A stretch of DNA of 64,000 nt from Pocillopora damicornis (Eukaryota), in NCBI RefSeq assembly GCF_003704095.1, contig NW_020845701.1, positions 62,001 to 126,000 of the forward strand. The letters run 5' to 3'. A model generated the notes under the pieces. The model did no database searches, had not been told where the DNA came from, and was given only the letters and a program-made list of their open reading frames with translations. Position numbers and translations under genes: made by a program. This document shows, piece after piece, positions 61,801 through 64,000 of this stretch (position 1 is the stretch's first letter; every line of letters begins with the position of its first letter).

Positions 61801-63422
61801 ACAGTATGGCAGACAGTTAGGAGAATTACTAATGAGATCTTGGGAGTTAGGGGGTTAAAAAGAGACCTGTATAAATTGACCAAATAGAGTTGAACAAATG
61901 TTAATTTTTTTAATAAGTATTTAGTTAGTAGATCTTGCGAATAATATTATAATTATCTTCATTCTATATTTAAAATACGGCTAAAAGTAAGTTGACAGTC
62001 TTAACTCAAAATTCTGTCCTCAAAACTAACAAGAATCAAAAAAATTTTCAAGGATCTTCATCCCCAGTTTCATGGATTTGATATAGTTCTCTCACTTGAT
62101 TTGAAAGTCTTTTTAAACTCAACTTAAGCCTCAATTCCTCAAAGTTTTTGAAAATTATGGATTGAGGATCAAGTTTTGAGGGACTATCAACTTATTTTTG
62201 AGAGGCAATGTATGTTTTCTTCAAAGACAAGTTTAACATTTACTTACCAGTTGCCAAAAGTGTTGATGTGGCGTCAAAAGTCATTGAAACAATAGGGGCT
62301 CTATGAACAGCCTACAAGATACAGTTTATAAATACACAACAAGGATGTTTTTTAATACATTTTAAAACAAATTCAAAACTGCTTCAAGATTTTCAAGCTT
62401 CATGTTATGCAATTTTTGTCTAGGTTTTGACCAAATCCTGGATTTCATTCATACAAAATCTGACAGAGTATCTCACAAATGTAGATTAACAACATATGAG
62501 CTTCAAACAAACTGTAACATACTTACTTTCCAAGTTCGTATCTGCTCACCAGTGTTCCATTCCCATTGTCTCAAAAGCAAACTTTTACTTGCTGTTACAC
62601 AGAACTGGAAAATATTAAAAAGTGACAATTACAAAAGAGAGCTTCTCTCCACTGGCCACCTTTGGGTAGTTACATTTATCAAATTGAAAATACCTTGTCG
62701 TCAGGACTTGCAGCAAAGCAGCTTATAACATCACCTTCCTAGAGTAGAAGGAGGTCAGTTTAACTTGTAAGCTGTTTGAGTCTTAATTGTATATATGTAG
62801 CTTTGAATAATCACTGATATCATCAAAAATCATGTTAAAACCTCAAACCACAGAGATAAAATTTCTTAATTTTTCTGGTTACCTCTTGCAGTGTATGAAC
62901 AACCTTGCCAGTTTCAACGTGAACAACTTGAACCTTGTCATTGCACGTACAGAATAAATGGTCTTCCTTGGATGAGAACTAGGAAAATCAAGATCAAATC
63001 CGTAAGCTTATTATGAGAGAGATCGAGGCAAATGCACGTACGTTCACAGAATATATGGTATTGAGTATGATACTATTAGTTCACAGCTGCAGTAGGTAAA
63101 ATAACCCATAAACCTCGATCTTAGGCAGACATGCCAGCAAAAGTTTACCTGTACTTTGCCTCCAGTATAGAATGCATCAATCTTCGAGGAAACCTCATAA
63201 CTACAAAAATTAATTGATGTGTTAGTCGCTAAGGCCGAAAGAGAACCTCTAAGTAATCTACAGTATAACAAACGGCCATAACAACACGTGCTAGATGATT
63301 AAATATTCTGCTGCCTTTTCAACAAAATTATAAGTTTCTGGTACACTAGCTCCTTGACGCTACAGAAGAACTTACTTCGATATCAGAAGAGCACCAGGGC
63401 CAGAGTTTCTCATTTGAGCCAT
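49888..63422 (-). CDS. TBL3: Transducin beta-like protein 3 (UTP13), WD40 SSU-processome component with many small exons
   Basis: Start MAQMRNSGPGALLISN|YEVSSKIDAFYTGGKVQ. WD motifs FVGYNDEILDL, LEGHTDIVLAL, LRGHKKGIWCVRFSPVDQ and LEGHTSSVLK. Utp13 domain QWNTNSKNCHVAQ and EKHFQRMDRLLQ. Last exons 50361-50841 and 49888-50013 are in phase. Confidence 0.94.
54831..55042 (-). mobile_element. TTAA-flanked MITE in a TBL3 intron
   Basis: TTAATCCCTTAGCCCCTGAGAGTGAC...GTGTAAAGGGTTAA. Confidence 0.8.
55575..55890 (+). repeat. Degenerate (GTTAC/GTTAT)n pentanucleotide tract
   Basis: Recurrent gttacgttac and gttatgtt units. Confidence 0.7.
56356..56486. mobile_element. Palindromic MITE-like element
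   Basis: ATCAATG...GAACAACTACGCACCAACCCCTCC vs GGGGAAGGGTACGTTCGCAGTTGCTCATTGAT. Confidence 0.6.
57095..57165 (+). repeat. Degenerate (GGAC/CGAC)n tetranucleotide repeat
   Basis: Directly visible. Confidence 0.75.
59340..59535. repeat. ~195-bp imperfect palindrome; related copies at ~59650-59790 and ~13745-13950
   Basis: CAGGGTAATTTAGCATTATCAACTGAGTTGATAAC...GTCATCAACTCAGTTGATAATAGCAAATTACCCTG. Confidence 0.8.
61653..61858 (-). mobile_element. TTAA-flanked MITE in a TBL3 intron
   Basis: Near reverse complement of 63746-63957. Confidence 0.85.
61983..62198. mobile_element. MITE-like element with ~18-bp TIRs
   Basis: AAAAGTAAGTTGACAGTC...GACTATCAACTTATTTTT. Confidence 0.6.
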
Positions 63423-63745
63423 AACGAAAATATCTAATACGTTCTTGTGGTCCGCTACAGGACATTTCGGTCACTCTCGTCCGCCATGTTTTTGTCAAGT
63501 TCGTACCCAGGGCCTTGAGTACGGTTATGAACGTTTGTCCATTTCTTTTTGAACAGGTGAGTTTCAATTTTAATTACAGTCCGTGCAAATTATTCAGTTA
63601 TCATCCATTCAGCTGTATTCCACCCTCATTTTTAATCATTAAGGAATGTTGCACAGGGTGTCATAGTTTTCCCATGTGTGCATATGTTGCTGCCCTATAC
63701 GATTTCCTAAATCACGCACATGTTGGTAATTAATCCCTGTTTCAT

Positions 63746-63957
63746 TTAACCCTTTCACTCCCAAGATCTCATTAGTAATTCTTTTTACTGTCTTATAAAT
63801 AATTCTCATGATGTCAATTTGGAGAATTTGGTATTGGATCGACTAATAATCCAGTAACTGATATTTTACTTTATTCTAATCACTTCTATGCTTGACATTG
63901 TATTGATATTGTAAGGAGAAATTATCTCTTGGTCACTCATGGGAGGTAAAGGGTTAA
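63746..63957 (+). mobile_element. TTAA-flanked MITE upstream of TBL3
   Basis: TTAA-CCCTTT...AAAGGG-TTAA with both ends intact. Confidence 0.88.
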
Positions 63958-64000
63958 ATTTAGCAACCACCCTTCACTCCCAAGAAAAGAAAAGAGACGA

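Overview
Eukaryotic, AT-rich, intron-rich genomic DNA with five or more N-gaps. Gene content and repeat families suggest a cnidarian, most likely a stony coral (inference). Reading splice sites by eye gives these genes in order: an orphan transmembrane exon (-); an intronless BTB/POZ gene (+); EIF2B4 (-); an SLC46-family transporter (+); a head-to-head pair of RDH8/HSD17B1-like short-chain dehydrogenases; a compact PRDM14 (+); a highly divergent NMDA-type glutamate receptor subunit (+); UCP4/SLC25A27 (+); and TBL3/UTP13 (-). The first 5.7 kb is a large inverted duplication whose arms each carry a degenerate type I hammerhead ribozyme motif. Introns hold many TTAA-flanked MITEs and tRNA-derived SINEs. 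The most notable points are the NMDA-like subunit with altered gate, pore and ligand-pocket motifs, the hammerhead-bearing inverted repeat, a polyQ tract in eIF2B-delta and a long acidic-then-basic tail on TBL3. No CRISPR array, rRNA or true tRNA gene is supported. All coordinates were read manually, and repeat boundaries are approximate.
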